Origin: Shigella phage SFP17
Sequence record: MN432485
Reading direction: 5' to 3' (one strand)
DNA length: 51,296 nucleotides
Position numbers and translations under genes: made by a program. The notes below the pieces were generated by a model. That model had not been told where the DNA came from and did not search any database. It worked only from the letters and a program-made list of their open reading frames with translations. This document shows positions 44,462 through 51,296 of this stretch, one piece after another. The stretch's first letter is position 1, and the number at the start of each line of letters is the position of its first letter.

Positions 44462-44683
44462 TCAATTAAAATGGATTTGCTTGTATTCGATTTCATCTGC
44501 CAGATCATTTAACTTATCCGCCAGCTTGCGCACCTGGTCAACGGTGAGTATCGACCTAAAATCCGGCCTGCGACCACCTTCAAGCGTGCCATCAATAAAC
44601 ACTCTATCGCCGAACTTATATACTTCAAGTGCATCGCCATGATTATCAATAAACTTGTGCTTAACGCGCTTATTTGTTTCCAT
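44462..44683 (-). CDS. hypothetical protein (73 aa)
   Basis: RBS GAGGTGA. Confidence 0.55.
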   Translation of the reverse strand: METNKRVKHKFIDNHGDALEVYKFGDRVFIDGTLEGGRRPDFRSILTVDQVRKLADKLNDLADEIEYKQIHFN

Positions 44684-44900
44684 CTTTCACCTCTTCAAAT
44701 TCAGCAATTACCATAGCGTGTGCCATAACCTTAGTGCCTTCACCACCGTTCAGGAACATGCGATGCCCTTTACTATTGCTCACGTAAAAGGATCCGGTTG
44801 ATGATTTCAGCTTTTGCGCCGTATAGATTTCGCCAGGCTTGAACATTCCAGCACAACCATAGTTAACGGAAACGCATTTCATCTTCTTGTTAATATACAT
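44670..44900 (-). CDS. hypothetical protein (76 aa)
   Basis: ATG at 44900 with RBS AAGGA downstream of motif promoter -10; track start 44963 lies inside the promoter. Confidence 0.5.
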   Translation of the reverse strand: MYINKKMKCVSVNYGCAGMFKPGEIYTAQKLKSSTGSFYVSNSKGHRMFLNGGEGTKVMAHAMVIAEFEEVKDGNK

Positions 44901-44930
44901 CGTTTTATATCCTTCGTTGAAAGTGAGGCC

Positions 44931-44975
44931 ATTATACCTGGCCCCACATTTGAGTTTTAACAATTCGTGCTATTT
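44931..44975 (-). promoter_or_regulatory. conserved-motif promoter (GAATTG variant)
   Basis: AAATAGCACGAATTGTTAAAAC + 21 nt + TATAAT; upstream of 44670-44900. Confidence 0.5.
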
Positions 44976-45879
44976 ACACTTTAACCTTCCACTTAACCAT
45001 CGTTCCGCGCTTGATGCTGATCTCTCCTGCAACAGTCCGGTTTTTCGCACTGCCATAATGAAGCAGAAGAATAACAACGTCATCATGAATCTCGATCGTC
45101 TTTGGCTTTGCCGTTAATTCAAACCATGTGCCATCCGCAATTTGGACGCCTTTTAGCGTGGCGGCAAGCGGCATGTCTTCAATTGCGCCATGAGTTACGA
45201 TTTCTTGATGGGCAAAGGCGCTCTTATCAATACGCCATCCTCCGGACGCCTTAATTGTTTGACTGTGAATCTGCTCACCAATACGTCGAGCGGCGTTATC
45301 TATCGCCTGCGCAAAATATGATTTACCTCCGCCAATTGGCGCATCTCCAAACAAGTGTTTCGTAATATCTTCCACGTAATACACTTTATCCTTTTCGTTG
45401 TGCGGATTGAATTTGTTGTGACCATTGACAAAGAAATCAACTTTCAACTCCGATTTCTGACCATCGCTATAAACGCCATTGTCGCGCGATGTGAAGCGAA
45501 TCGTTGAATTACCAACCGTGTAGAACGTGATCGGATACTTGATATTGTCCACACTTAAGCACCACAGCTTTTTGTAGTCGCAGGTTTTCATCTCGACCGT
45601 ATGAATCTCTGATCGCTCAGTTGAGCGCACTGGTAACACTTGGCCTTTATATGGCTTATAGTGCAAACATGTGTAGCCTGGCATTGCGTAGCCGTAGTCA
45701 TGTATTGAGTTGTAGTGCTTATTGTGCGCATCAATGAAGTGCTCAATCTCCATAGTTGAAACATCAGGCTTTCCGTATTCGTTAAACTTAGTGCATGTAT
45801 TTTTGTCGGAATACATGAAGTGACCAACGCCGCGAGATTGGAAGGTGATCGGGAATTTAATGTCAGCTAATTTTAACAT
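44974..45879 (-). CDS. hypothetical protein (301 aa) with N-terminal internal repeat
   Basis: RBS AGGAGAAAG; repeated IK(F/Y)PITF segments; His-rich; no family recognised. Confidence 0.7.
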   Translation of the reverse strand: MLKLADIKFPITFQSRGVGHFMYSDKNTCTKFNEYGKPDVSTMEIEHFIDAHNKHYNSIHDYGYAMPGYTCLHYKPYKGQVLPVRSTERSEIHTVEMKTCDYKKLWCLSVDNIKYPITFYTVGNSTIRFTSRDNGVYSDGQKSELKVDFFVNGHNKFNPHNEKDKVYYVEDITKHLFGDAPIGGGKSYFAQAIDNAARRIGEQIHSQTIKASGGWRIDKSAFAHQEIVTHGAIEDMPLAATLKGVQIADGTWFELTAKPKTIEIHDDVVILLLHYGSAKNRTVAGEISIKRGTMVKWKVKV

Positions 45880-45934
45880 GGTGCTTTCTCCTGATTGGTT
45901 TAACTGGGCGACGCCGTGCCGCCCTATGTGATTT

Positions 45935-45980
45935 ATTATGCCTGGTTATCGTTTTTGAGTTTTGACAAAAAGTGCTATTT
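45935..45980 (-). promoter_or_regulatory. conserved-motif promoter
   Basis: AAATAGCACTTTTTGTCAAAAC + 22 nt + CATAAT; upstream of 44974-45879. Confidence 0.5.
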
Positions 45981-46164
45981 AGAATTTTACCTCTTCCACA
46001 AGCTCAACCATTTTATAGCCCAGCCGATAAGAGTCACCGAACAACAAGATCCCCATAAATTCATCGTGGCTTATTGACTCTTTGCCAACCGTTCTAAGCT
46101 CGCCGTTGTGAATCACAGTATCGCCGATCTTGATTTCTGATTTATGGACTAATTTCGTCTTCAT
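45979..46164 (-). CDS. hypothetical protein (61 aa)
   Basis: RBS AGGTGA. Confidence 0.5.
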   Translation of the reverse strand: MKTKLVHKSEIKIGDTVIHNGELRTVGKESISHDEFMGILLFGDSYRLGYKMVELVEEVKF

Positions 46165-46179
46165 TTATTCACCTGCTAA

Positions 46180-46365
46180 TTAAAAGAAAGCTACATAGTT
46201 TGCAATGCCTTTGGCGTCGTCGTTTGGCATTGCTTTTACAGCCAGGTCATAACCTGCCTCTACCTTCTGCTTTGCTGTTTCTTCGTTGTATCCCCAGATG
46301 ACCAGGATTTTAACTACGTTTTCTTTGTTCAGGACTTTAAGGTCTTTGGTGATGCGACGTGCCAT
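46180..46365 (-). CDS. hypothetical protein (61 aa)
   Basis: RBS GAGGAAAA; motif promoter upstream. Confidence 0.5.
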   Translation of the reverse strand: MARRITKDLKVLNKENVVKILVIWGYNEETAKQKVEAGYDLAVKAMPNDDAKGIANYVAFF

Positions 46366-46397
46366 TTTGTTTTCCTCAATCTCGTTTCGATGAGGCT

Positions 46398-46443
46398 ATT
46401 ATGCCAGGATTTGCACCTGGCGTTTTAACAAAAAGTGCTATTT
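46398..46443 (-). promoter_or_regulatory. conserved-motif promoter
   Basis: AAATAGCACTTTTTGTTAAAAC + 22 nt (CCAGGtgcaaatCCTGG) + CATAAT; upstream of 46180-46365. Confidence 0.5.
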
Positions 46444-46698
46444 AATATCTGTTGTGACTTGTTGGTGTATTACGTTTTTGCCGTTGCGGTATGTGCTATC
46501 CGTTGCGCCTTTGCAATTTGTGTAATAGATCGCGCGACCGTTATCATAGAATCTGTATGCTGTGCATCCGTCAACAGTGAACAGGCGACCGACTTTGAAA
46601 TCTGACTCCACGCCTACGACAACCGTTGATTCTGACGCCTTTTCGCATCCGGTCAGCGTAGCGATTGCAATCAAAAGTCCAATTAATGCCTTATTCAT
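46438..46698 (-). CDS. lipoprotein (86 aa)
   Basis: Signal peptide with lipobox LTGC; RBS AGGTGGGGG. Confidence 0.6.
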   Translation of the reverse strand: MNKALIGLLIAIATLTGCEKASESTVVVGVESDFKVGRLFTVDGCTAYRFYDNGRAIYYTNCKGATDSTYRNGKNVIHQQVTTDIK

Positions 46699-47267
46699 TA
46701 TTCATCCCCCACCTTTACCATCTCGTTGAGCATTTCATTCATTCGCTCAAGTGCGATTGCCGCACCCTCCAGGCGCTCACCTTCCAGATCACTGATTCGC
46801 GGCTGTGTTTTCAGTAGTTGAGCAACAAACTTTGCTCGCCACTTGATTTCAAGTTTCGCTATATCATCTCCAGTCAGAACGCGAGGCTTGCTTTTGGCTT
46901 CAGTGAGCGTAAACACAAAGCCATCACCCTCATCAGTCACCTTTCGCTTAATGCTGATCACGCCTTTTTGCTTTACTTCTGGCACACGGTTGACCACCTG
47001 GCGCATGTACGATGCTGTAATTGCGTCGCCGTTCTCCACGTTAGCGCACAAGAAAAGTGCTGGCATGAATACATTATTACGCTCACCACTACCAATTGCC
47101 GCGCCCAGGTCGCGAAGCATATCGCAGAACTCACTACGCGACATGGTGCTAATATTTTCTTCATTCATGGCGTCTACTCCTTTTGTTGCGTTTAAACTGG
47201 ATGCATTATTGCCTTGCCCTTCCCACGTGTCAATGTATTCTTGTGTTTTAATAACAATTTTTGGCAT
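46698..47267 (-). CDS. hypothetical early protein (189 aa)
   Basis: First minus-strand gene after the 47.3-47.9 kb non-coding region; clean ORF. Confidence 0.6.
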   Translation of the reverse strand: MPKIVIKTQEYIDTWEGQGNNASSLNATKGVDAMNEENISTMSRSEFCDMLRDLGAAIGSGERNNVFMPALFLCANVENGDAITASYMRQVVNRVPEVKQKGVISIKRKVTDEGDGFVFTLTEAKSKPRVLTGDDIAKLEIKWRAKFVAQLLKTQPRISDLEGERLEGAAIALERMNEMLNEMVKVGDE

Positions 47268-47375
47268 GTGGCGCGTTTAAAGATAACAAAATGCTTCAGT
47301 TAAGTCATTGGTTTTTCTGTTAAAAGTGACCTTGTTGACTTGGTTGACGGAGGATTGCCCCATACCCATATATAT

Positions 47376-47545
47376 ACATATAAAAATCACCACACATCAC
47401 CATTGATTAAAAAATATACAATCACACATACATATCACCACAAACAATACCACTCCACCATATACCCATAGAACAAGCTCAACAGTAAATAACAAATATA
47501 AATACATATATAACTAACTTATTGATTTTATGGGTATATATATAA
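47376..47545. repeat. iteron/AT-rich repeat block, copy B
   Basis: TAAAAATCACC plus 4-5 ATCAC(C/A) iterons, then AACAAATATAAATACATATATAACTAACTTATTGATTTT; direct orientation relative to copy A; plus strand almost G-free over ~125 bp. Confidence 0.6.
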
Positions 47546-47768
47546 ATTTTACTTTGTTCTTTTTGTTGATGAACGCCGATTCTGTTATCTAAAAGTGCGG
47601 AGGCTTATTTGAGATAACATGGGGAACAGAAATAACAGATGCGCGCGCCAGGATTGCTGGAAAGGATGCAAGAGGGCCGTGTTTCTCTATCCCCTCCACA
47701 CAAAAAGTTAATCACTTGATTAAAATTGACCAAACTCAAAGTCTCACAATCCAGGTGATCGCGAATGA

Positions 47769-47813
47769 GTTATTCCTGTTATTCCTGATTAATGGAATAG
47801 ATGGAATAATAAC
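47769..47813. promoter_or_regulatory. operator-like repeat array (GTTATTCCT x2 followed by inverted GGAATAgatGGAATAATAAC)
   Basis: Four half-sites with dyad symmetry centred about 47790, 10-50 bp upstream of motif promoter 47822. Confidence 0.4.
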
Positions 47814-47821
47814 CAGTCAGC

Positions 47822-47867
47822 AAATAGCACTTTTTGTTAAAACGTGCCTGACTGGATTCGGCATAAT
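47822..47867 (+). promoter_or_regulatory. conserved-motif promoter
   Basis: AAATAGCACTTTTTGTTAAAAC + 22 nt + CATAAT; upstream of 47906-48178. Confidence 0.5.
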
Positions 47868-47905
47868 GCACACATCGAAACGAGATACCATTCAGGAGAT
47901 AGCAA

Positions 47906-48178
47906 ATGAACATCAGCAAAACCACTTTCAACTTTGCAAAGCGTCATGGTCTGGACCTGACTGTTGAGAATTTCGGCGATGTTCTGCAACTCTGCATTTG
48001 GGAAGCGGATAACGATTGCGAGTGGCTTTGCTCTTATCGTATCAACTACGATTGCTTAACCTGGCATGGCAACGTTTACCTGCCGCAAGAAGTGAAAGAG
48101 GAATTGCCAGCGACCATCAATAATGAAGTGTTTTTGCGCAAAGTCATGAAGTTTATTGCTGAGGAGATCAAGAAATGA
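47906..48178 (+). CDS. hypothetical protein (90 aa)
   Basis: RBS AGGAGA; motif promoter 47822-47867 upstream. Confidence 0.6.
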   Translation: MNISKTTFNFAKRHGLDLTVENFGDVLQLCIWEADNDCEWLCSYRINYDCLTWHGNVYLPQEVKEELPATINNEVFLRKVMKFIAEEIKK

Positions 48179-48420
48179 TTAATGAAGTGGATTTTGAACT
48201 TGCTGAGGCCCATGTAAGGGCCAAAAAGATGGGATTTCGGATCTTGACGCAAACAGTCGAGTTCCCGTCGATGCCGTTCGCATCATTCCATAAAGTGACG
48301 GTATTCAGTCGCAAACGCGAGTGTAATGCGCTAATACATGTTGGTGATGATAATCGCATGGCTAAATTCATTAACGAGTCCTGTGATGTTCTGAGGGCCG
48401 TTAAACACGATCAACAATGA
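48175..48420 (+). CDS. hypothetical protein (81 aa)
   Basis: ATGA overlap with upstream gene. Confidence 0.55.
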   Translation: MINEVDFELAEAHVRAKKMGFRILTQTVEFPSMPFASFHKVTVFSRKRECNALIHVGDDNRMAKFINESCDVLRAVKHDQQ

Positions 48421-48433
48421 AGGAGAAATAAAG

Positions 48434-48700
48434 ATGGCGCGAATCAATGCACCTATTCCAGTTAAGCGCAAAGCACGTTTGCTCAATAACGGATGTTACG
48501 CCCTGCGGCCTGCATTTAAGGATCGCACCTTTCCGGTTATCGTTAACGTATCTCACGTAAGCCGTAGCGGAAACCTGGTATTCGTTGAAGGCTCTGACCT
48601 GGCGGCGCTTGGATTCTATGGCGGCATATTCAATGAGCCGCTTGCATTTTGGGCCAAGCATCCATCAACCGGATTGCCAGAAATTGAACTTATCGACTAA
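48434..48700 (+). CDS. hypothetical protein (88 aa)
   Basis: RBS AAGGAGAA. Confidence 0.6.
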   Translation: MARINAPIPVKRKARLLNNGCYALRPAFKDRTFPVIVNVSHVSRSGNLVFVEGSDLAALGFYGGIFNEPLAFWAKHPSTGLPEIELID

Positions 48701-48744
48701 AAAGCACTTTTTGTTAAAACTCAATCCTGGCAATCCGATATATT
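48699..48744 (+). promoter_or_regulatory. conserved-motif promoter
   Basis: AAAAGCACTTTTTGTTAAAAC + 22 nt + TATATT; upstream of 48778-48930. Confidence 0.5.
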
Positions 48745-48777
48745 ACACACATCGACAACGAATGCGAGGATTTGAAA

Positions 48778-48930
48778 ATGGTTACTCTGATTACCTGGGA
48801 ACACGAAAACAGCCAGCCGGAAGTGCGCGAATTTGAAACTGTAGCGGCCTGCTACAACCTTGCGAAAAATGGCGGCTTCTATAAGGCGCAAATTGTTAAC
48901 GAATTTGGAGTTGTTGACTATGAGTTCTAA
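48778..48930 (+). CDS. hypothetical small protein (50 aa, below ORF-track cutoff)
   Basis: RBS GAGGA; downstream of motif promoter 48699-48744; stop overlaps next start. Confidence 0.45.
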   Translation: MVTLITWEHENSQPEVREFETVAACYNLAKNGGFYKAQIVNEFGVVDYEF

Positions 48931-49201
48931 GTTTTACAGTTATACCGATACCGTTGATTTTGATGGGATACAATTGCCCCTCCCTAACAACTACAGATAC
49001 ATAACTCGTGACCGTTTCGGTTTTATCCAGGGGTGGCGGAACAAACCAACACACACTGAGTTCGGTATGTCTGGAGGAGAAGAGTTGCCGATCACTTTTG
49101 GTCATCAAAGCGGTGAAAATCTTCCGGTTGTTGCGCGTAAGTATCGCAGACACAAGATTACAAGGCAGCTTATCTCTTTAACTGGATCTGTTGTTGAATA
49201 G
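48920..49201 (+). CDS. hypothetical protein (93 aa)
   Basis: ATG at 48920 with GGAG upstream; track ORF starts earlier at non-ATG. Confidence 0.55.
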   Translation: MSSKFYSYTDTVDFDGIQLPLPNNYRYITRDRFGFIQGWRNKPTHTEFGMSGGEELPITFGHQSGENLPVVARKYRRHKITRQLISLTGSVVE

Positions 49202-49241
49202 CACTTTTTGTTAAAACCGATGCGTCTCTGATTGGTATATT
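49197..49241 (+). promoter_or_regulatory. conserved-motif promoter
   Basis: AATAGCACTTTTTGTTAAAAC + 22 nt + TATATT; upstream of 49273-49467. Confidence 0.5.
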
Positions 49242-49272
49242 AAGCGCATCGACAACGAACGAGGATTTAAAA

Positions 49273-49467
49273 ATGGAAAATCAGGTTGACGTTAAAGTTG
49301 TACAGCGTGACACCACTCACGAGAAAGGAATCTTTAAGAAAGGCGCTATCATCACAATCGATCTTGATGATATGGTTGCGTATCACTCCGGCCTGACATG
49401 GAACGTTGTTAAACATGGCAATGATTTCAAACTGCGTGGATTCAATACTTTTATGGAGGTTGTGTAA
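49273..49467 (+). CDS. hypothetical protein (64 aa)
   Basis: RBS GAGGA; motif promoter upstream. Confidence 0.55.
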   Translation: MENQVDVKVVQRDTTHEKGIFKKGAIITIDLDDMVAYHSGLTWNVVKHGNDFKLRGFNTFMEVV

Positions 49468-49748
49468 TGGCATACAAAAACAGCGATTTTAAAAACTCAG
49501 CCGAAACAATCAAGACGCAACTCATTAAACAACGCGCTTATAGATTCTGGCTTGATTATCATGACCTAAGAAAAGAGATGGATAATCTTATCAAGACTGG
49601 TAACGCGTTCTGTTCTAACAGGACGGTTTGGCGCAATATGAATGCGCAGTACGGTTATGGAAAAATTCGTGTATTTGGTGAGGCTGTTGAAGCGTATGTA
49701 TTTAGCGCAACAAAAGCTGTGAGTTTTAATGTTGTTGGTATTAATTAG
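49467..49748 (+). CDS. hypothetical protein (93 aa)
   Basis: RBS GGAGG; start overlaps upstream stop. Confidence 0.55.
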   Translation: MAYKNSDFKNSAETIKTQLIKQRAYRFWLDYHDLRKEMDNLIKTGNAFCSNRTVWRNMNAQYGYGKIRVFGEAVEAYVFSATKAVSFNVVGIN

Positions 49749-49848
49749 ATGAAGCTAATAATATTCCATAATGCCTGGATGGTAGCTGTTGCAAATAATC
49801 ATTATGGCGGAGACGGCAAGCGAGCAAAGCGCCATAGCTATTTCAACT

Positions 49849-49892
49849 GATAGCACGAATTGCTAAACAATATTTCTCAAACCTGGTATAGT
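49849..49892 (+). promoter_or_regulatory. conserved-motif promoter (GAATTG variant)
   Basis: GATAGCACGAATTGCTAAAC + 21 nt + TATAGT; upstream of 49923-50150. Confidence 0.5.
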
Positions 49893-49922
49893 TATCACAC
49901 CAAATATAATGAGGATTGCATA

Positions 49923-50150
49923 ATGAAAGCTAAAGTTACTAACATCATGAACACTGTTGATGCACATCACCGCGTCGCCGTGAAAATGGATAAATCTTGT
50001 GGAATCAACCAGTTAACAATCACGAGTGGTAAAGGTGTGTTTGTTGTTGGCTCACATCCAGGTAGTAAAATCCGCAAATATACGCGCGAAGAATTGATTA
50101 AACTGCTGGAAGAAAACAGCATGTTTATTGAAAGCTGGAAGGCTGTATGA
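49923..50150 (+). CDS. hypothetical protein (75 aa)
   Basis: ATG at 49923 with RBS GAGGA downstream of motif promoter; terminator hairpin follows. Confidence 0.55.
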   Translation: MKAKVTNIMNTVDAHHRVAVKMDKSCGINQLTITSGKGVFVVGSHPGSKIRKYTREELIKLLEENSMFIESWKAV

Positions 50151-50159
50151 TTAATCAAT

Positions 50160-50183
50160 GGGAGGTTTCCGCCTCCCTTTAAA
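50160..50183 (+). terminator. intrinsic terminator
   Basis: GGGAGG-tttccg-CCTCCC followed by TTTAAAT. Confidence 0.5.
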
Positions 50184-50197
50184 TAAAGGTGATAATA

Positions 50198-50299
50198 ATG
50201 ATGAAATTTCTTGATATTTTATTTGTCGTGATGATTGGCCTTGTTGGTTTGCTTTGGCTTGAAATTCTTCTTACTGTTATTAAGGAGTTTATTAAATGA
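50198..50299 (+). CDS. hypothetical small hydrophobic peptide (33 aa, below ORF-track cutoff)
   Basis: RBS AAGGTGA; single predicted TM helix; stop overlaps next ATG. Confidence 0.3.
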   Translation: MMKFLDILFVVMIGLVGLLWLEILLTVIKEFIK

Positions 50300-50520
50300 G
50301 TCAAGACGGTTTTTTTGAGCGACTACAAAAAGCGGAAGATGCCGGACTGAATAAAGAGGCCGCGCTTGAAGTCGCATATAAAATCAGGACGCTTGATGAT
50401 GCGTTGGGTGAAATGGATATGGACCATGAATGCGGCGCTGCATTTGCAGATCCAACTATGATTGTTAATGATTGTGGTTGCAATTTTGATCCGAACTGTC
50501 CTAGATGCTTTCCGTTTTGA
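50296..50520 (+). CDS. hypothetical Cys-rich protein (74 aa)
   Basis: RBS AAGGAG; C-terminal CGCNFDPNCPRC suggests metal binding. Confidence 0.55.
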   Translation: MSQDGFFERLQKAEDAGLNKEAALEVAYKIRTLDDALGEMDMDHECGAAFADPTMIVNDCGCNFDPNCPRCFPF

Positions 50521-50529
50521 GGTGATGAA

Positions 50530-51225
50530 ATGTATAAAGGTTTAATATTCTCTTTGTTTGATGGATCTGGCAAAGCCGTTAAAGATTGGGCGGAGGCTGG
50601 ATATCAATGCATTTGCTTTAATGCTGATGATGCTGATCATGGTGATTACCAGTCAGTGCGGATAATTCACGATAACATTTATTACGTTAACGCGTGGATT
50701 GATGCTGATTTTATATATAAAGCGTGCCTTGAAACATGGGGTAAGCCTGATTTCATTATGGCATTTCCGCCTTGCACACAATTAGCAAATAGTGGATCTC
50801 GTCATTGGGCTAAAAAGCGCATGGAAAATCCTAACTTCCAATATGAAGCCGCCGACACTTGCAAAATTGCGGCGCATATCGCTGATTATTTCGGTGTTCC
50901 GTACATGATAGAGAATCCTGTAGGCAAGCTGTCAACGTTATGGCGCAAGCCTGATTATACGTTCCATCCGTGCGATTATGCTGGCTATCTTCCGGAAGAT
51001 GATAAGCATCCCGACTTCCCTGATATTATTCCGGCGCGGGATCGGTACTTTAAGAAAACATGCCTTTGGACTGGAAACGGATTTGTTATTCCTCCGCGCG
51101 CAACAATCCTTCCTAAAGAGGATGACAAGGATAATCCTGGTTGGGCCAAAACTGGCGGAAAATCATCTCGCCGCCCTACTCCGCGAGGTTTTGCTCGCGC
51201 CGTCTTTGAAGCTAACGCAAAATAG
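50530..51225 (+). CDS. putative DNA methyltransferase (C5-cytosine-like motifs)
   Basis: Motif I-like LFDGSG, motif IV-like FPPCTQ, motif VI-like IENPVGKL; RBS GAGGTGA; short (231 aa) so assignment is tentative. Confidence 0.55.
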   Translation: MYKGLIFSLFDGSGKAVKDWAEAGYQCICFNADDADHGDYQSVRIIHDNIYYVNAWIDADFIYKACLETWGKPDFIMAFPPCTQLANSGSRHWAKKRMENPNFQYEAADTCKIAAHIADYFGVPYMIENPVGKLSTLWRKPDYTFHPCDYAGYLPEDDKHPDFPDIIPARDRYFKKTCLWTGNGFVIPPRATILPKEDDKDNPGWAKTGGKSSRRPTPRGFARAVFEANAK

Positions 51226-51265
51226 CACTTTTTGTTAAAAGCCAGGTGTAAAAGCCTGGCATAAT
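51220..51265 (+). promoter_or_regulatory. conserved-motif promoter driving the gene at window position 1
   Basis: AAATAGCACTTTTTGTTAAAAG + 22 nt (GCCAGGtgtaaaaGCCTGGC) + CATAAT, then RBS AAAGGAGA at window end. Confidence 0.5.
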
Positions 51266-51296
51266 CACTTCACCGAAACGAAAGGAGAAATAAACG

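Noticed and set aside
47619-47711. Possible 30-aa Cys-containing micro-ORF in region B
   Set aside because: Nearest GGAGG is 16 nt from the ATG, which is too far; sits in a GC-rich segment more consistent with a structured non-coding element. Kept only as a remote possibility.
47716-47967. ORF 47716-47967 (+) covering the operator-like repeats and promoter
   Set aside because: Non-ATG start; spans the conserved promoter motif and overlaps the better-supported gene at 47906 out of frame.
1-51296. Search for lysogeny or mobile-element genes, tRNAs and rRNAs
   Set aside because: No ORF with recombinase catalytic motifs or CI/Cro-type repressor context and no rDNA-like sequence; a tRNA cannot be excluded without a covariance-model scan.

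Overview
The window reads as a complete, circularly permuted ~51.3 kb genome of a virulent T1-like (Drexlerviridae-type) siphophage of an enterobacterial host. Family assignment is by gene content and order from the translated ORFs only; no database search was run. There is no integrase, repressor, transposase, CRISPR array, rRNA or recognisable tRNA. Modules: a plus-strand early block (1-2773); a minus-strand lysis/replication block (u-spanin, SAR endolysin, holin, HTH-phosphoesterase, Dam methyltransferase, VRR-NUC, SF2 helicase); a plus-strand block (HTH regulator, primase, S74 tail fiber, four unknown accessory genes); a minus-strand recombination block (exonuclease, Erf, SSB); a plus-strand Cor-like lipoprotein; a long minus-strand morphogenesis operon (terminase, portal, capsid, lambda-like tail genes with a -1 frameshift chaperone, tape measure, M, L, K, I, J); a minus-strand early block of small genes including a split kinase/phosphatase pair; and a plus-strand block ending in a small DNA methyltransferase-like gene. 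The most notable non-coding signals are (i) a conserved ~21 bp motif found 16 times at a fixed 21-22 bp distance upstream of a -10-like hexamer, always in the orientation of the downstream gene, plus two copies in reverse orientation inside the structural operon, and (ii) two homologous G-depleted, AT-rich intergenic regions (17.6-18.1 kb and 47.3-47.9 kb) with ATCACC iterons, GGATAAC repeats, a 16 bp perfect palindrome and an operator-like repeat array. I did not find a single clear-cut new system; the motif family, the two iteron regions and the accessory genes are the best candidates. Gene starts were re-derived where the ORF track began at a non-ATG codon; motif and hairpin coordinates may be off by 1-2 nt.
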